Shown one piece after another: positions 39,086-52,110 of a stretch of 64,000 nucleotides of DNA. The translations under genes and the position numbers were made by a program. Source of the stretch: Eledone cirrhosa (Eukaryota); the NCBI GenBank assembly GCA_964016885.1, contig OZ024746.1, positions 11,594,001 to 11,658,000 on the forward strand. Reading direction: 5' to 3'. Each line of letters begins with the position of its first letter. The first letter of the stretch is position 1. The notes below the pieces were generated by a model. It was not told the origin of the DNA. It did no database searches and worked only from the letters and a program-made list of their open reading frames with translations.

Positions 39086-40335
39086 TACTGTCTTAGCTTA
39101 TGATGGTTACTGAATGCGATGTGGCTAGCTAGTAGCTAGGTTAGGTGTTGTGGAGAATGAGATTTTAATGTTATTTTTATTAAAGAGCTTGTAATATCTA
39201 TGGTTGGGGGGGAATGTTTAGATAGGATAGAGAAGCATTTGGAGATATTAGTGGCAAGATTAGATGAGAATGGGGGGGGGGGGTTAAGCCAGGTGATATT
39301 TCTAGGTCTATTCCTTCTAGGGGTTCTAGTGGAGTTGGTAGGGGCCTTCCTAGGGTTATTATTACCATAGGGCGGTGGATTGACAGTATCGGTGGAGGGT
39401 CGGACGCCATGCTTTCCAGCGTGTTACGTCCCTTTACGAACTGAGTTCAAATCCCGCCGAGGTTGACTTTGCCTTTCATCCTTACGGGGTCGATAAAATA
39501 AAGTACCAGTAATGCACCGGGTAATTGCTGGCCTTGTGCCTAAAGTAGAAATAATTATTACCAGGGGATTTGTTATTTGTCATCCCATTTCTCATTCCTA
39601 TTCTAGGGTTGATTTTTAGTTTGCTACTTGGAGTGGGGAGCAGGCCGCTGCCACCATTAAATTTCCGGCGAATCTGGCTATATGCTAAGGTATTTCTAGT
39701 TCTAGTGTTAAGTTTATTATGGTGAATTACTATGTTATGGCATTTAGGTATGTAATAAATTGATTGTTCATAACCAGATTCAGAGAGAGCCTTATTATAA
39801 TATTGTGCGTGGTTTATAAATATCTCCTCATTTGCTGATAGCATTGAGATCCTATAGGAGATAGATTTGATTACTGCTCTGATGACTGCCGGTGGGTGGT
39901 TAGAGTGTGGGCTAATATATGTATTTCACCTGGTTTGTGGTAAGGGTAATATAGGTTATTGTTGAGATCCAGGGTGACGTCTAGGAAGTTTACTACTTTA
40001 TGGTTCGGCTCTATGGTGATAGAGAGACCGTTATTTTTAAAGAATCTATGTAATTGTTTCTTTAGCAAATCGATTCCCCGATTAGTGCAATTGTGGACTG
40101 CAAATAGGGCGTCGTCCCTGTATATTCAGCCTTGCAAGGGTTGAATTTCGGCTCTGATGTTACGTAATAGGCAAATCCCAACTAAATCGGTGATTTGTGC
40201 GGAGTCACTTGAGCCCATCGTAATGTCAAAGTTGTCTGTTCTATCTTTTCTAGTCCAGAGTGCTCCGTTGAATTCAATGATAGTCTGCCTAGCCATAAGT
40301 ATGATGTTAATCTCATTATTGGTTATGTCCGAGTT
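39086..40335 (-). mobile_element. Penelope-like element RT fragment (YRDD type), interrupted by a SINE
   Basis: FDITMGSSDSAQITDLVG, G*IYRDDAL, LLKKQLHRFFKNNGLSITIE..VNFLDVTLDL..YYPYHKP, LSANEEIF..YNKALSESGY, RNRPRNITWLNPP..SNLATNI, HRYYKLFNKNNIKISFS; contains stops and frameshifts; endonuclease not present. Confidence 0.85.
39368..39553 (+). mobile_element. Young full-length SINE inserted in the Penelope-like element, 10-bp TSD
   Basis: Same sequence family as 7972; TSD attattacca at 39358-39367 and 39554-39563. Confidence 0.92.
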
Positions 40336-41556
40336 GGTGGTGGCTATTTCACCATTATGTGAATTATTTTAATATAAAACAAATTTGCTCTCATTCAATG
40401 AGCAAATAGATAAGACAAAGTTATTAAAGATCACAAACACATTATTAAGTTAATACCAACAAGTCACTAAAGCTAGTTTTTCAACAGGATCTATAAATTC
40501 TCTGAAGCACAATGTATGCAAAGAGCCAAGGTTCATATCAATACCTTAGATTTAAACTATTGTGTTTTTTTTGTGTGTTTTTTTATAATCGACATAAATG
40601 TTTATTCTCAATACATGTGTTTCATCACAAAGTTAGCTTATAAAACATTAATAATTACATAAATATGAAAAAGAAAGATAAAAACAAAATTGAATAATGA
40701 TAAAAGGAGGAAGGGTTAAAGACGGGCAGATCTGGTTGTAGAAGAAAGTAGAGAATAGGACTATAAATGCCATAAATGAGAGGAAAAGGAGGGGAAAAGC
40801 AAGGACTTTTGGTCCACATAAGAAAGGGAGGGGTGATGGGCTCTGGGCCTAGGGTGGTCGGTATTTGGGCTGCAACCCGCAGACGAAACTGCAAAGACAA
40901 TTAATTGTAAATCGATGTTGAGAAAGAAAGCTTTTAGAGACAATCAGATATTTCTACTTAGTGGAAACAACAATAATTGTGATATTTCAAGAAACTCAGA
41001 AAGAATGTTGAAAATAATGCCTGTTCTCAGATATATATTTTTGTTACACATCTACGACCATAAAAAAAGTATCAGAATGTCAGAAATAAAAATGTCTGTA
41101 ATATTAACACAGCCAATCAGTGGCTGTTATGTCATACAAACGTTCAGTTGTGGATCTGATGAATAAAAAAAGCATTTTCTTAAGTGTCAAGAAAAGAAAA
41201 TCTAAAAGAATGAGACACTCAAATTCAAAATAATTTCTTGTTTATATATCAAAGTATATCCATATATTTTAGCTGTTAATATATATATTAATTCTTATAT
41301 TGTATTAATCTTATTAAAGCACACATAGCTTAATCTAATCTATGGTTATATAGATGTCTATCAAATCCTTATGTTAAAAAAGTAAGCAAGGCAACAGAAT
41401 ATTTCTGGCAGTAAATTAAAGACTTAAACAATAACTGCTGTATGACAATGACAATTGTTTAAAGTATTTCATAAAAATGAACTTAATGCAATGATAAACA
41501 TTCAAATTTTAAAATACCAATAAGGAATTGTCATAAATTGATATTTATTTATATGT

Positions 41557-41704
41557 ATCATCATCTTTTAACGTCCATCTTCCACACTAGCATGGGTTGG
41601 ACGTGTTTGTCCCACTTGAGGCAAGATTGGCCGGGTGACCGTGTCTCGCTCGTATAGAACTAACTGTTTGTGGCAGGTTTTCTACAATTAGTGTGGACTG
41701 GATG

Positions 41705-41706
<2 letters not shown>
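41557..41706 (-). mobile_element. Short RTE-tail repeat (related copies ~7500-7590, 37510-37665, 47505-47558, 57166-57385, 60900-60992)
   Basis: catcatcttttaacgtccatcttccacactagcatgggttggac is shared with the 3'UTR of the RTE at 41753. Confidence 0.75.
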
Positions 41707-41752
<46 letters not shown>

Positions 41753-41755
<3 letters not shown>

Positions 41756-43049
41756 TCATCATCATCAACGTTTAACGTCCGTGTTCCACGCTTGCATGGG
41801 TTTGGACGGGGGTAGTCCCACTTGAGGCAAGAGTGATTGTCTTGCTCGCATAGGACTGTCTGGCAGGTTTTCTACAGTTGGATGCCCTTCCTAACACCAA
41901 CCACATTTACAGTGTGGGTCTGGGAGGTTTTTACCGTGTTGCCTACACGGCCACATTACAGCGTGGACTGTGTGTTTTTTTGTCGTGACACCTACACGAT
42001 CTCATTTGTTTCGGCCTGGATGGCGCGGCACCAACATAACTTTACATAGAACGGGGTGGTGTGGATGGGGTGGGGGTGGTGGGACGGGGTGTATTTTGTT
42101 AGAGATGCCTACTGGCTGGAGTAGGTTTTACTATATATTTAGGTAAGGCGGGTCTTCTCTGTTACTGAGTACCGCCAAAGGTCTCGGTCCAGTGACATTG
42201 TCTTGGAGAGGTGTAAGTGTGTGATGTCGGAGTTTATCAGCTCGTCCCAGGTTTTTCTAGGTCTGCCTATTCCGTGACTACCGTCTATCTTTATTGCCCT
42301 GCACTTTGTTATACAGCTATCGACTTTCATGCGTATCACGTGTCCATACCAACGTAGCCTTCTCTCGAGTAAACAACATCTGATCCCTCTTATCTCTAAT
42401 TTTTTCCTTAGTTCGTTTATGCTTTGCCGTTCACGTATATTACTGTTACACATCCAGCGGAGCATGCAAGCTTCGTTCCTCTCTAGTCTGCGTATATCCT
42501 CTGCACACAATGCCCAGGTCTCACTGCCATGCAGCATTGCTGTTCGTATGCAGGCATCGTACAACCTGCCTTTCATTTTTAGGGAGAACCCTTTAGCAGC
42601 TAATAGTGGTATAAGCTCTCTGAACTTTTTCCAACCAGTTCTGACTCTAGCTACAGTACTTTCAGAGCACCCTCCCCCACTGCTGATTTTATCGCCCAGG
42701 TAACGGAAGCTGTCCACTATTTCTATAGAACCCTCTGCGCAATTGAAAGAGCTAGTATTTTGTGGGCACTTGCTGCTACTTATTGCACCAGAACACCGGC
42801 CACATGTAAAATCTATGTTCTTAGTTAGCTTACCTGTGATCCCACTACATCTTTTATGCACCCATACTTTGCATTTAGGACATAAAATGGAGTTTCTACC
42901 TACGCCTTTCCTACACACCGAGCACGACCATTTCCCAGAAGGGACCGCCGCCTTGTTTTCTTTCCTACAAACTAGAACTTTGGTCTTAGCCAGGTTAATT
43001 TTAAGTCCTTTTGACTCTAGGCCGTGCTTCCATGTTTGGAATTTCTTCT
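41753..43049 (-). mobile_element. Young 5'-truncated RTE-clade LINE: ORF2 C-terminal part, 3'UTR and (ATG)n tail, flanked by (TA)n
   Basis: Uninterrupted frame 43047-42139; CpGs retained; tail catcatcatc on the + strand at 41753-41766; (TA)n-(TCA)n on both sides. Confidence 0.92.
42139..43047 (-). pseudogene. RTE reverse transcriptase C-terminal region with embedded PHD-type zinc finger (about 302 codons, no 5' part)
   Basis: GLKINLAKTK, CSVC-x10-CPKC-x4-HKRC-x14-CGRC, VDSFRYLG, KGRLYDACIRTAMLHGSETW, RRLRWYGHVIRM, GRPRKTW. Confidence 0.9.
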
Positions 43050-46000
43050 ATATATATATATATATATATATATATCATCATCATCATCATCATCACGACT
43101 GTTTAACATCTATTTTCCAATTGAAACAGCCGGAATATATATATAATTTAAAAATTAAATAGTTCTTTTCATCCCAAAAGGATAAAAACTGAAGTTGATA
43201 TTGAGACCCAGACTCAGATCATAAAAGAATGGATATAACTAAATACTGTAAGGCCTTTAGTCTAATGTTCTGCTAATCCATTATTCTACTAACATTAAAG
43301 GTGGTGATTTTTTTTTAAGGAAAGACAGTGTTGTGAATTGCATTGACTCAAATATATTACAAATATTTACGTTTACTACTCATGAGAGATAGAAATTTAA
43401 AAAATCAACCATGGTAGATACCAAAGTATAGTCTCATTTTTCAATAGTGTCTTACGATGAACATATTTCTTGAGGTTTCAAGGGAATCAAAGTATGCAGT
43501 TGTGGTATTAATAATTTTATCAAAAGTATTAGAGAAATGAAATCAGACCATAGGCCCAATTTAATTTATGTTTTATATGCTGTTGTGGCACAGTCACAAG
43601 AGCATCAGTTTTGGTACCAGCAGAAATAATAATAGAGGTGGTGATGCTAATGGTAGAAGTAGTAATAGTGGTGGTGGTACCATCATTGATGTATTTGTAA
43701 ACATGCCAAAAGAATTAAGATTTTTTTTTCCTAATGTCATGTATGTTACCAATTTTGAGAAGGAAAGAAAATTATAATGGTCAAGAAATTGGAATTCAAG
43801 TAGAATTCAACAAAGATATTATCTGTTGCCAATTTTTCTTTTAATATATAGAATATAATTAGTAGAAAGAAAATGGAAATCTCCCCCCCCCCCCCCAAAA
43901 AAAAATTGCTGTTGTTACTGCATAGCCTCAGGTCAACCTTGATCAAGCTGACGTATGGTTTTCGTCGTGAAAATACTATCCTTTTGTTTTCCAACCAATG
44001 TATGTAATGACCTCCTCTTTTTAAAAAGACAGTAAAGCATAATTTGAGGGGATATTTGACTGCTGATTGAATAACCACATAGAGTCTCCCTTGTTAGCTC
44101 AAAGGCTACATTGTATATTATGTTGCCAACATTGAAGTAAAATGGAAAATAAAAAATAATGATATATGCTATTTAAAATATGTTCAAATATAATTTTGTC
44201 TGGTTGAGACCAATTAAGTCCATCCAGTTGGAAGGGTTAACATATGTAATATAGCAGATTGAAAAACTTTGATAAGCTGAGATTAACAATGCATTTAGTA
44301 GACAAAAACTCCCTGTTAGTGATTAAAATATAACAATAAGCAAAAGGAGATAACTCAATTTGCCTGCAGCACTTAACTCTGAAGAGATGAAAGTGAAGGT
44401 CAATCTCACCAGGATTTGAACTCAGAGCATATATAAAGTAATTAAATGTTGGAAGATATCACTGTACTGTCTGTCTCTGCCACTTCACTGCCTGAAGGAT
44501 GAAAGACAAAGATGACTGCAATGGGATTTGGATTCATAAATCCCACCAAAGTCATCTTTGTCTTAATAATAATAATAATTTCCTTGATATACTTACATTT
44601 TTATATATTTAAACAAATTACAGAGGAGAGGAAGGAACGAGGTTCTTATTTTTAATTTAAAAAAAAAAGAAAGAAAGAAGTAAAACTTGTCTTAGTAATA
44701 ATGAAGATTTTCAAGATAAAATTTCATTTTTATATACTTAAACTACAACTTCAAAAATATTTCCGTCCTTCAAAACAAAGCCATTGCCAATTTTATGAAA
44801 AAGAGTTGTTTAGAATACAAGAATCTCGGTTTGGTTCTATAAATATACACTTTTTTTTTTTATTATTCCTGAAGTTGCTCAAACATTCTAGAACTGTCTT
44901 TCAACACAGTCAAATCACTATGCCTAATGTAATAGTCATTCCTTAAATTTACATAATTAATCCAATAAAATGAAATGGTTGCAATTGATGGCTTGACTGC
45001 TAAAAGAGCCGGAGTTACATTGATTTTTGTATAACTTAAGTACATCTAGAAGTTGGGTGTTTAATTGTTGCCATCATCATCATCATATTGATTACTTCTA
45101 TTTCTACCTGATAAGTTGGCTGAATATCAAAATAAAAATATATGATAAAGCTTTTTCCTTTTCTGAAATATATATTGTATAAAGACATTATTTTTCTCTC
45201 AAGCTGGCCCATATGACAGTGATCCAGCATGCTCTCAGTGATAAAACCTAAATTAACAAATGGGATTTAGTGACGAGAAATATCAAATAATATTCTAAGA
45301 GTAATATTCCTGTACAATAATTAAAATTAAATTAACTTTTACAATAATTTTTATAAGAAAGTTAATTTTCCTACTCTATAAAATACGAGATTAATTTTGT
45401 TCTTTTCATATAACTTGTTTATTCTATGCATGTTTAAAGTGAACAGAGTAATAGATATGAAAAAGGATTGTAAATAAAGGACTGATATTTTTTGTTATTG
45501 AAACAAATATTTTCCATATAATTCTTATTCCAAAATTCTTTAACACACCTTTACAATTGTGGCTTAAAATTTGTCTAGATATTGTGTACAAATCATCATT
45601 CAATACATTTTTTTTTAAAGACATAACCCTAAATAATATATTAATCTAACAATTGTAACAATTAACATACACTACATTAAACAACAATTACTTATTCCCA
45701 TAAACACCTTTCAAAATCCTCAGAAAGATTTTAAATGACCACCTTAAAAATGAAATGTAAACAATAGCTAGTTGCTGCTATCTATTAAGTCTTTCATTAG
45801 CAAATTTCTAATGAAATACAAGCCCATGTGTTTCAATTAAATTTGAAAATACCCAAACATTTGGAGGAATTTAATAAAATAACTAAGTCTTTCATTATAA
45901 TAATCTGATATTTAGAACATTACTTGAGATAATATTCTAAAATAAAATTGTGATGAAAGCTTTTAATATAAGGATAAACATTTTAAAATGAACAATCATG

Positions 46001-48281
46001 AATTACTGCATATAAAAAAATAATTTGTAACTATTTGGAAATGAAGCTTACTAATGCTTCTAGGTTTCTCTATGGAAACAGACAGAACCCTTTTTACAAG
46101 AAACCAAAAGAATAAGAAACAAATATCCAAATCTCAATGGATAGTGACTCTCAAAAATAGTGGAGGCTCAATAATTCACCCATTTTTTTTTACAAATACA
46201 TATAAGTGAGAAACATCAAAAGGTTGGCTTTAGTGAACAATGTCCCAGATGTTTTATAAATACTACAATATTTTAAATCCTTATATATATATATTAACAT
46301 ATCAAATGTCTTTTGCTAGATTTTATGATTCAAAGTGTTTCATGATAAAACTTTGTAAATCTTTTCATTTATCAAATCCTAACATCTTTGTAGACGATTT
46401 GAAACTTCTAATTTTGAAAAAAAAAAAAAATGAAATGAAAGTTATATATTACATTTGCCTGGTTTTGCTGCCAATCAGTTTTGATATTCACTTCTGTTTA
46501 TACCTGGCAGACAATTTAAATTGACATTTAACAGATTTTCTTTACTTGTAAATGACTATTTAAGCAAGACCATAACATTTGAAATGGTAAACTACCTCTA
46601 AACACTGTGTAGAATAATTCATGACATTGAGCCATATACATAATATCACAGATATTAATTCAGAGAGAGAAATTTGCAATTAGAAGCCTTCACATTGTGA
46701 ATACATTATTAATTAAAGAGAAAAAAATAAATATGGAAGGTAAAATGAGTTACTCTCCAATGGATTATATCTCAGCCAGTCACCACTACTCTAAATATAG
46801 CATCAATATAACAAATACCATAGAATAACATTATGTTCCATACAATTTTGAGATAAAAATGGAACAAAGAACAACATTTGAACAAGCCAAGTTTGTCTCT
46901 ACAAACAATAAAACATACACAACATATTTACAAAACATATACAACATACGAAAAACAAAGCTACAATATTTTAGTTTATTGCTCTCTAGGAAAATTTGTT
47001 GAACTGATGTTTATTTTTAATAATTTAATTAGTTATATTTAATCTGATAAATATCTCTATTTCAGATTTTATACTACAATATAGTGGTAAAAGAATGACT
47101 AGAATCATTTCATCCATGTTGAAAAGAAAAAGCTATTCAATCTAACATTATAATATTTAACAGTAATTATTAATAAATATAAGTTTTAATGATTTTGTGA
47201 CAATAATTTCCCAAATGATCTTTTAATATTAATCCTTGTATCAAAATAAAAATAATGCTCACTAATAACAAAAATGATTATTCTTAAAGCAACTAGGCAC
47301 AGTTTTTCTAACATTTCCATTATAAAATTTCTAATTAAATAAACTACTTACAATTTTCAAATAATTTTGAAAATTATTAAGAATCTTAAGGCATTTAGTA
47401 ATATAACTATAAGCTGGTGCTTGGAGCATAACTTAGCTAATGTTCTTACGTAAAAATATAGCAGATAAATTTTAAGATAAATATAAACACTTTAAAACAA
47501 ACAAACTAGCCCATGCTAGCATGGAAATGGATGTATGATGATGATGATGATGATGATGAACTTAGCATCATAAGACCAGAGTCAGTTTCAGGCAGTTTGG
47601 CATCAAATAAATTCACCAGTGGTTTTATTTATCTTTATCAAATGCTAGACAAAAGGCACACCAATTGATTTCCTAACTGTTCTACCATCTATTAAGCTTC
47701 AAAGCCAATAAAAAAAAAATGCCAGACTTTATTAAATAATTTCACTATTATTATTGCTAGCTAAAGACTAACTATAAAAAATGTCTAATGGTACATGGAA
47801 TATTTTCTTTAATATGTTGTGACTATATGTCTGAGTAAACTGCTTATGTAATTCAATTAATTTCGGTCTAATCAAGAGTCTAGAAGAGTTAATTAAATAT
47901 CTGTAACTTTATATATGTATATGTTATGCTAGTGTTGACCAACTTAAAGTATTGATGTAATGAGATTTTAATTTGAACATGAATACTGTAATACAGGCAG
48001 CCTCATATGGGTTTGTGGTATTGAAAGGTTTCCATTATTAAAAGCTTAGAACAATTTCCTTCGGCTGTTTCTTCAAATTTAGCCATCAAATTTATTATCA
48101 AACAACTCAAAGAGAATGGTGCTTATTTAGAATAAAGTGCCTTGTCTAAGGATATAATGCAATTAGCTGGTAAATCTTTATCTCAGGACCAAATTTCAGC
48201 ACATCTGTTATAAATCATGATTACAAGGTCAGATTTACAATTATCTTCTATATTTAGCTTTTGATTTTATATAAATTGATT

Positions 48282-49684
48282 TTAACCCTTTCAATAACAA
48301 ACTACTTGAAATGGTCACTATGTCTACAACACAAAACTGTTTATTTTAAAATGACTGTGTGTACCTAAAAACTTCCAATCATTATTTTATGTAAGAGCCT
48401 TTGTTAAGTAATGTTGTTTTACTAAATCCCTTTACAAGTTCTGCTGAAAAGGGATCAGACTTTTTTTTCTTTTTTTACATGGAAAGTAATGATGTGAGAA
48501 GCTGCATACACTTGTGTATTTTTTTGGCAAGCTCGCTGGATACATTAGTCATTGTCAGGCAGCCAGTGTTTGTGGTGCTGTACTACTTTTATTTGTCACA
48601 TTTTCATTTCACCCATGATGTCAGAATGTGTGGAGCAATACATCAAGTTTGTCTAAGCAAAAACAATTCACAAAATTCAACAGATTTTTGGTGGCTGTGC
48701 CATAGGTATTACTCAAATAAATGAATGGTACAGCAGGTTCAAATATGGCCACTCATCAGTGGAACGTGAGCAGCATTTGGAGAGGCCATCAATAAGCTGC
48801 AATACAGTTATCGAGAAAGTGTGAACCTCGATAATGAAGGATTATTATTTGACGGTGGCAAGGAATCAGTGACGAGGTTGGGATTAGTAAAAGTTTTGCA
48901 CATGCAATTTTAAAGGAGGATTTGGGCATGTCTTATGGTTGTGTAGGACCTGCTAGATACTGCCAACAAGGATCCTGAGTTCCTGAATACGGTGATAACT
49001 GCAAATGAGATGAGGGTATACAGGTATGACCCAGAAACCAAAGCTCAGTCAACACAGTGGAAGGTCGAAGAAAGTAGATCAGGTGCAGAGTAAAATCAAG
49101 GTGCTAACTGACTGTTTTCAACTACTGAAGCATTGTGAATCATGAATATACACCAGAAGGACAAACACTTACAAAAGAGTACTATCAGGAAGTCTTCTGA
49201 TGTCTTCGTTATGCAGTTCAGTACTAGAGACTGGATCTGTAGGCCTCATAAAACTAACAACTGCATCATGACAATGCCTCAGCTCATTTCTAATCCAAGG
49301 TTTCTCAGCAAAAAAAAGGCATTTTACTCATTTGCCAAGCTCCTTCTTCTGACTTCTGGTTATTACTAAAAATGAGGATGCCACTGAAATGTTCCTGCTT
49401 TGAGAGCTGAGAGGACATCATGTGAACTGCAACAGTGGAGGTGAGAGCCATTCCAGAAGAATCATGCCAGACATGCTTCAAACAGAGGAAAGAACATCAC
49501 TGGGCTAAGTGTGTGGAGGCATAAGGGACATATTTCAAAGGGGATTAGCAATTGAAGCCCAGAAAATACGTAATGTTTTTTTCTTTCTTAGCCTAAACCA
49601 TTTTGACAGACCTTGTAAAGTCTTGGTTATTTTCTAAATCACAGACAATATCTCTCATTAGAAATATAATAATGAAAGAGTTAA
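48282..49684 (+). mobile_element. piggyBac-type MITE family A split by a mariner insertion (halves 48282-48432 and 49618-49684)
   Basis: ttaaccctttcaataacaa at the left and gaaagagttaa at the right; MITE body continues across the insertion. Confidence 0.7.
48433..49617 (+). mobile_element. Decayed mariner transposon with TIRs and TA TSD
   Basis: Transposase remnants VITANEMRVYRYDPETKAQSTQWK, KIKVLTDCF, HEYTPEGQTLTKEYYQEV, LHHDNASAH and DFW. TIRs tacaagttctgctgaaaa / ttttgacagaccttgta. Confidence 0.88.
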
Positions 49685-51217
49685 ACTTGACAACTATCAG
49701 TATATTTTCATTTGATTAGATTATTTTTTTAATATAGAAACATTGTATTTTTATATTTTAGAATTTATATGAAAACGTTTCTTTAAATTGTGACAAATGA
49801 TAACATAAAAAAAGAACACTGTAGATAACTATAGCAATGTAATATTTTACATGTCAATCAATTCAAAGAAAATATGATTGCCATTCATAAACAATTAAAA
49901 TTCAACAGGAAAAATGTAAACATTGTCTACATAAAGATAAAGAAAAGTATAAAAAGAAATGAAAAGATTAAGATGAAAGAAGAAAGAACATACAAATAAA
50001 TAGTATGTATAAAAGGTAGATTCTGAATTAGCCAAGAGAAAACAATATTGAAAGAGAGCATTGGAAAATTACTAGAATACATTGTTTAGAAATATATAAT
50101 TAAAACTTGAAATGGTGGTGGAATGTTTAACTAAAGGCTTTTCAGTAATTAATTTATGACTTCTGTTTTCTGTGTTCAAATTTTATCGGTTTTGATTTAT
50201 TTTATCATTCCCAGGGGGATGAATGGTTGACCAGAGCTGTTGAATCCACTATATATAATTTGTAAAACAAAATAACTTATGAACCACAGAAATAGGTCTT
50301 TCTTCTGGAGAAGAGAAAATATTTGTAAATATTTGCCAGATGAACTGATCCAGCAAATATAGGTTAAATTCCTCGTTTTACTTTGGTTGCTAATGGTGCT
50401 TAGAAAAGTATGAATATCACAGTATCTCTTTCTGTCTTTCCCGTAAAACCAAAACATGAAGACTATATGAAAAATTTCAATTTAAAAAGAATAGATAATT
50501 TTAATGAAAAATGTGTAATTTAATCTATTGTTAGTGAAATAAATTTAAACTTGTAGTCAATAAAAACATTATTGAAATAGTTCAATATTTATAGCAAATT
50601 TGTTTCATTAGGAAATGAAAAACAAAAGACGTGATAAATAAAAAGGTAAAATTAGAGGGAATTTTTTACAGATGTATCGTTTATTTTACCAGCATTATGT
50701 TAGCCTAAAATTGTTACTCTTGGCTATATCTTGCCGAATATATTAAATCCACACATAATAATTAGCTATGTGCATTAATTTGCTGTCATGGTAAAGAGAT
50801 AGTATGGAAGAAGGTTGTCAAAAGAAATTAGAAAGTGAGAGAGTGACAGTAGTAGAAGTACAGTGAAAATGAGTAGAAGGTTGAGATGATTATCTGTCTC
50901 ACACAACTGAAGCAGCAAACAAAGAGAGGAGTGCTTATAATGTGAATTGGTGTGGTTAGAGTTCTGGGTATCATTGATAGAAAATACAGCTGTGTATTTT
51001 GTTTCTATGTTTTGAAAATAACCCATGTAATATAGTGTATATATATTTGTAGTAAGCATTTTGGCATAAAAGAAACTTTGCTTATCCTCTTGAAAAACAG
51101 TCTCAATTTTTTATGACATGGGTACACTAATACAAACAAAAAAAAAAAAAAAAATTATTAGCAGTAGTTCAACTTGAGAAATTCAAATTAAAGTCAGACT
51201 TATTCACCCATCATTCT

Positions 51218-51438
51218 TTAACCCTTCAGCATTTAAACTGGCCGTATCTGGCCAGAATTTTCTCACCTCTTTCTGTTCAAACCGGCTATAACCAGCTGCT
51301 CATTCCTATGTTAAGGTATTGTTCTCAGATCTCAGAATAAATAACATCAAAATCTCGTAGATTCGATATTGTGAGATAAACTGTTTACCATAAAAATACA
51401 ATAGTAAATATAGAGTACTGTAAATATTAAAGGGTTAA
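51218..51438 (+). mobile_element. piggyBac-type MITE, family B
   Basis: ttaacccttcagcatttaaactggcc...aaagggttaa; close copy of 19191. Confidence 0.85.
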
Positions 51439-51884
51439 ACAATGTAACCATTTCATTTAACATTCTTTTTACCTCTTGACAATAGCTAAATCAATTTACT
51501 TGCTCACAACCATAATGATACAAACCATCATAAAAATATTTTAACATCCTGAATATTAATGAAAGTATGTATGTAACAAAGACAAAATATTACACAGCTG
51601 AAATCATGTGTATATAACTTTACATAATGAGTATATAGACATGCAAACATGCCAAATATACATATTTCCCTGTAAATTGAAAAATTGATAAATATCTTTA
51701 ACAGATTTACTGGGTTCTCATCAGAAAACGTGTTTATCATCTAAACAACCATAAGGATGCATGTAACTGAGAGGCACATATACCCTACCACTTATATATG
51801 TATCCTGAAATAGATGTAATTAATTTGCATATTATTAGTATTCAGTATGCAAATAAGCTTTATTGTAAATATGTTGATATTATA

Positions 51885-52110
51885 GTTGATGGATTGGTAG
51901 AATCATTGGAGTATCAGACAAAATAATTTGTGATATTTGTTCCAACTCTTACCATTCTGAGTTCAAATCCTGCTACTGTTAATTTTGTTTTTCATATTTT
52001 CGGGATCGCTAAAATAGAGTATCAGTCAAGTACTGAAATCAATTTGAGTTTCACCACCTCTAAAATTGCTGGCATTGTGTCTACAATAGAAGCTATTTTT
52101 ATTATTATTT
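51885..52110 (+). mobile_element. Degenerate SINE (7972 family)
   Basis: ggattggtagaatcattgga...ctgagttcaaatcctgc...aaattgctggcattgtgtctacaatagaa, ATT tail. Confidence 0.7.

Noticed and set aside
42329-43162. Plus-strand ORFs of 124 and 139 aa
   Set aside because: Antisense shadows of the RTE ORF
50197-50457. Possible upstream ATXN7 exon
   Set aside because: No similarity to the expected peptide and no suitable phase-1 donor
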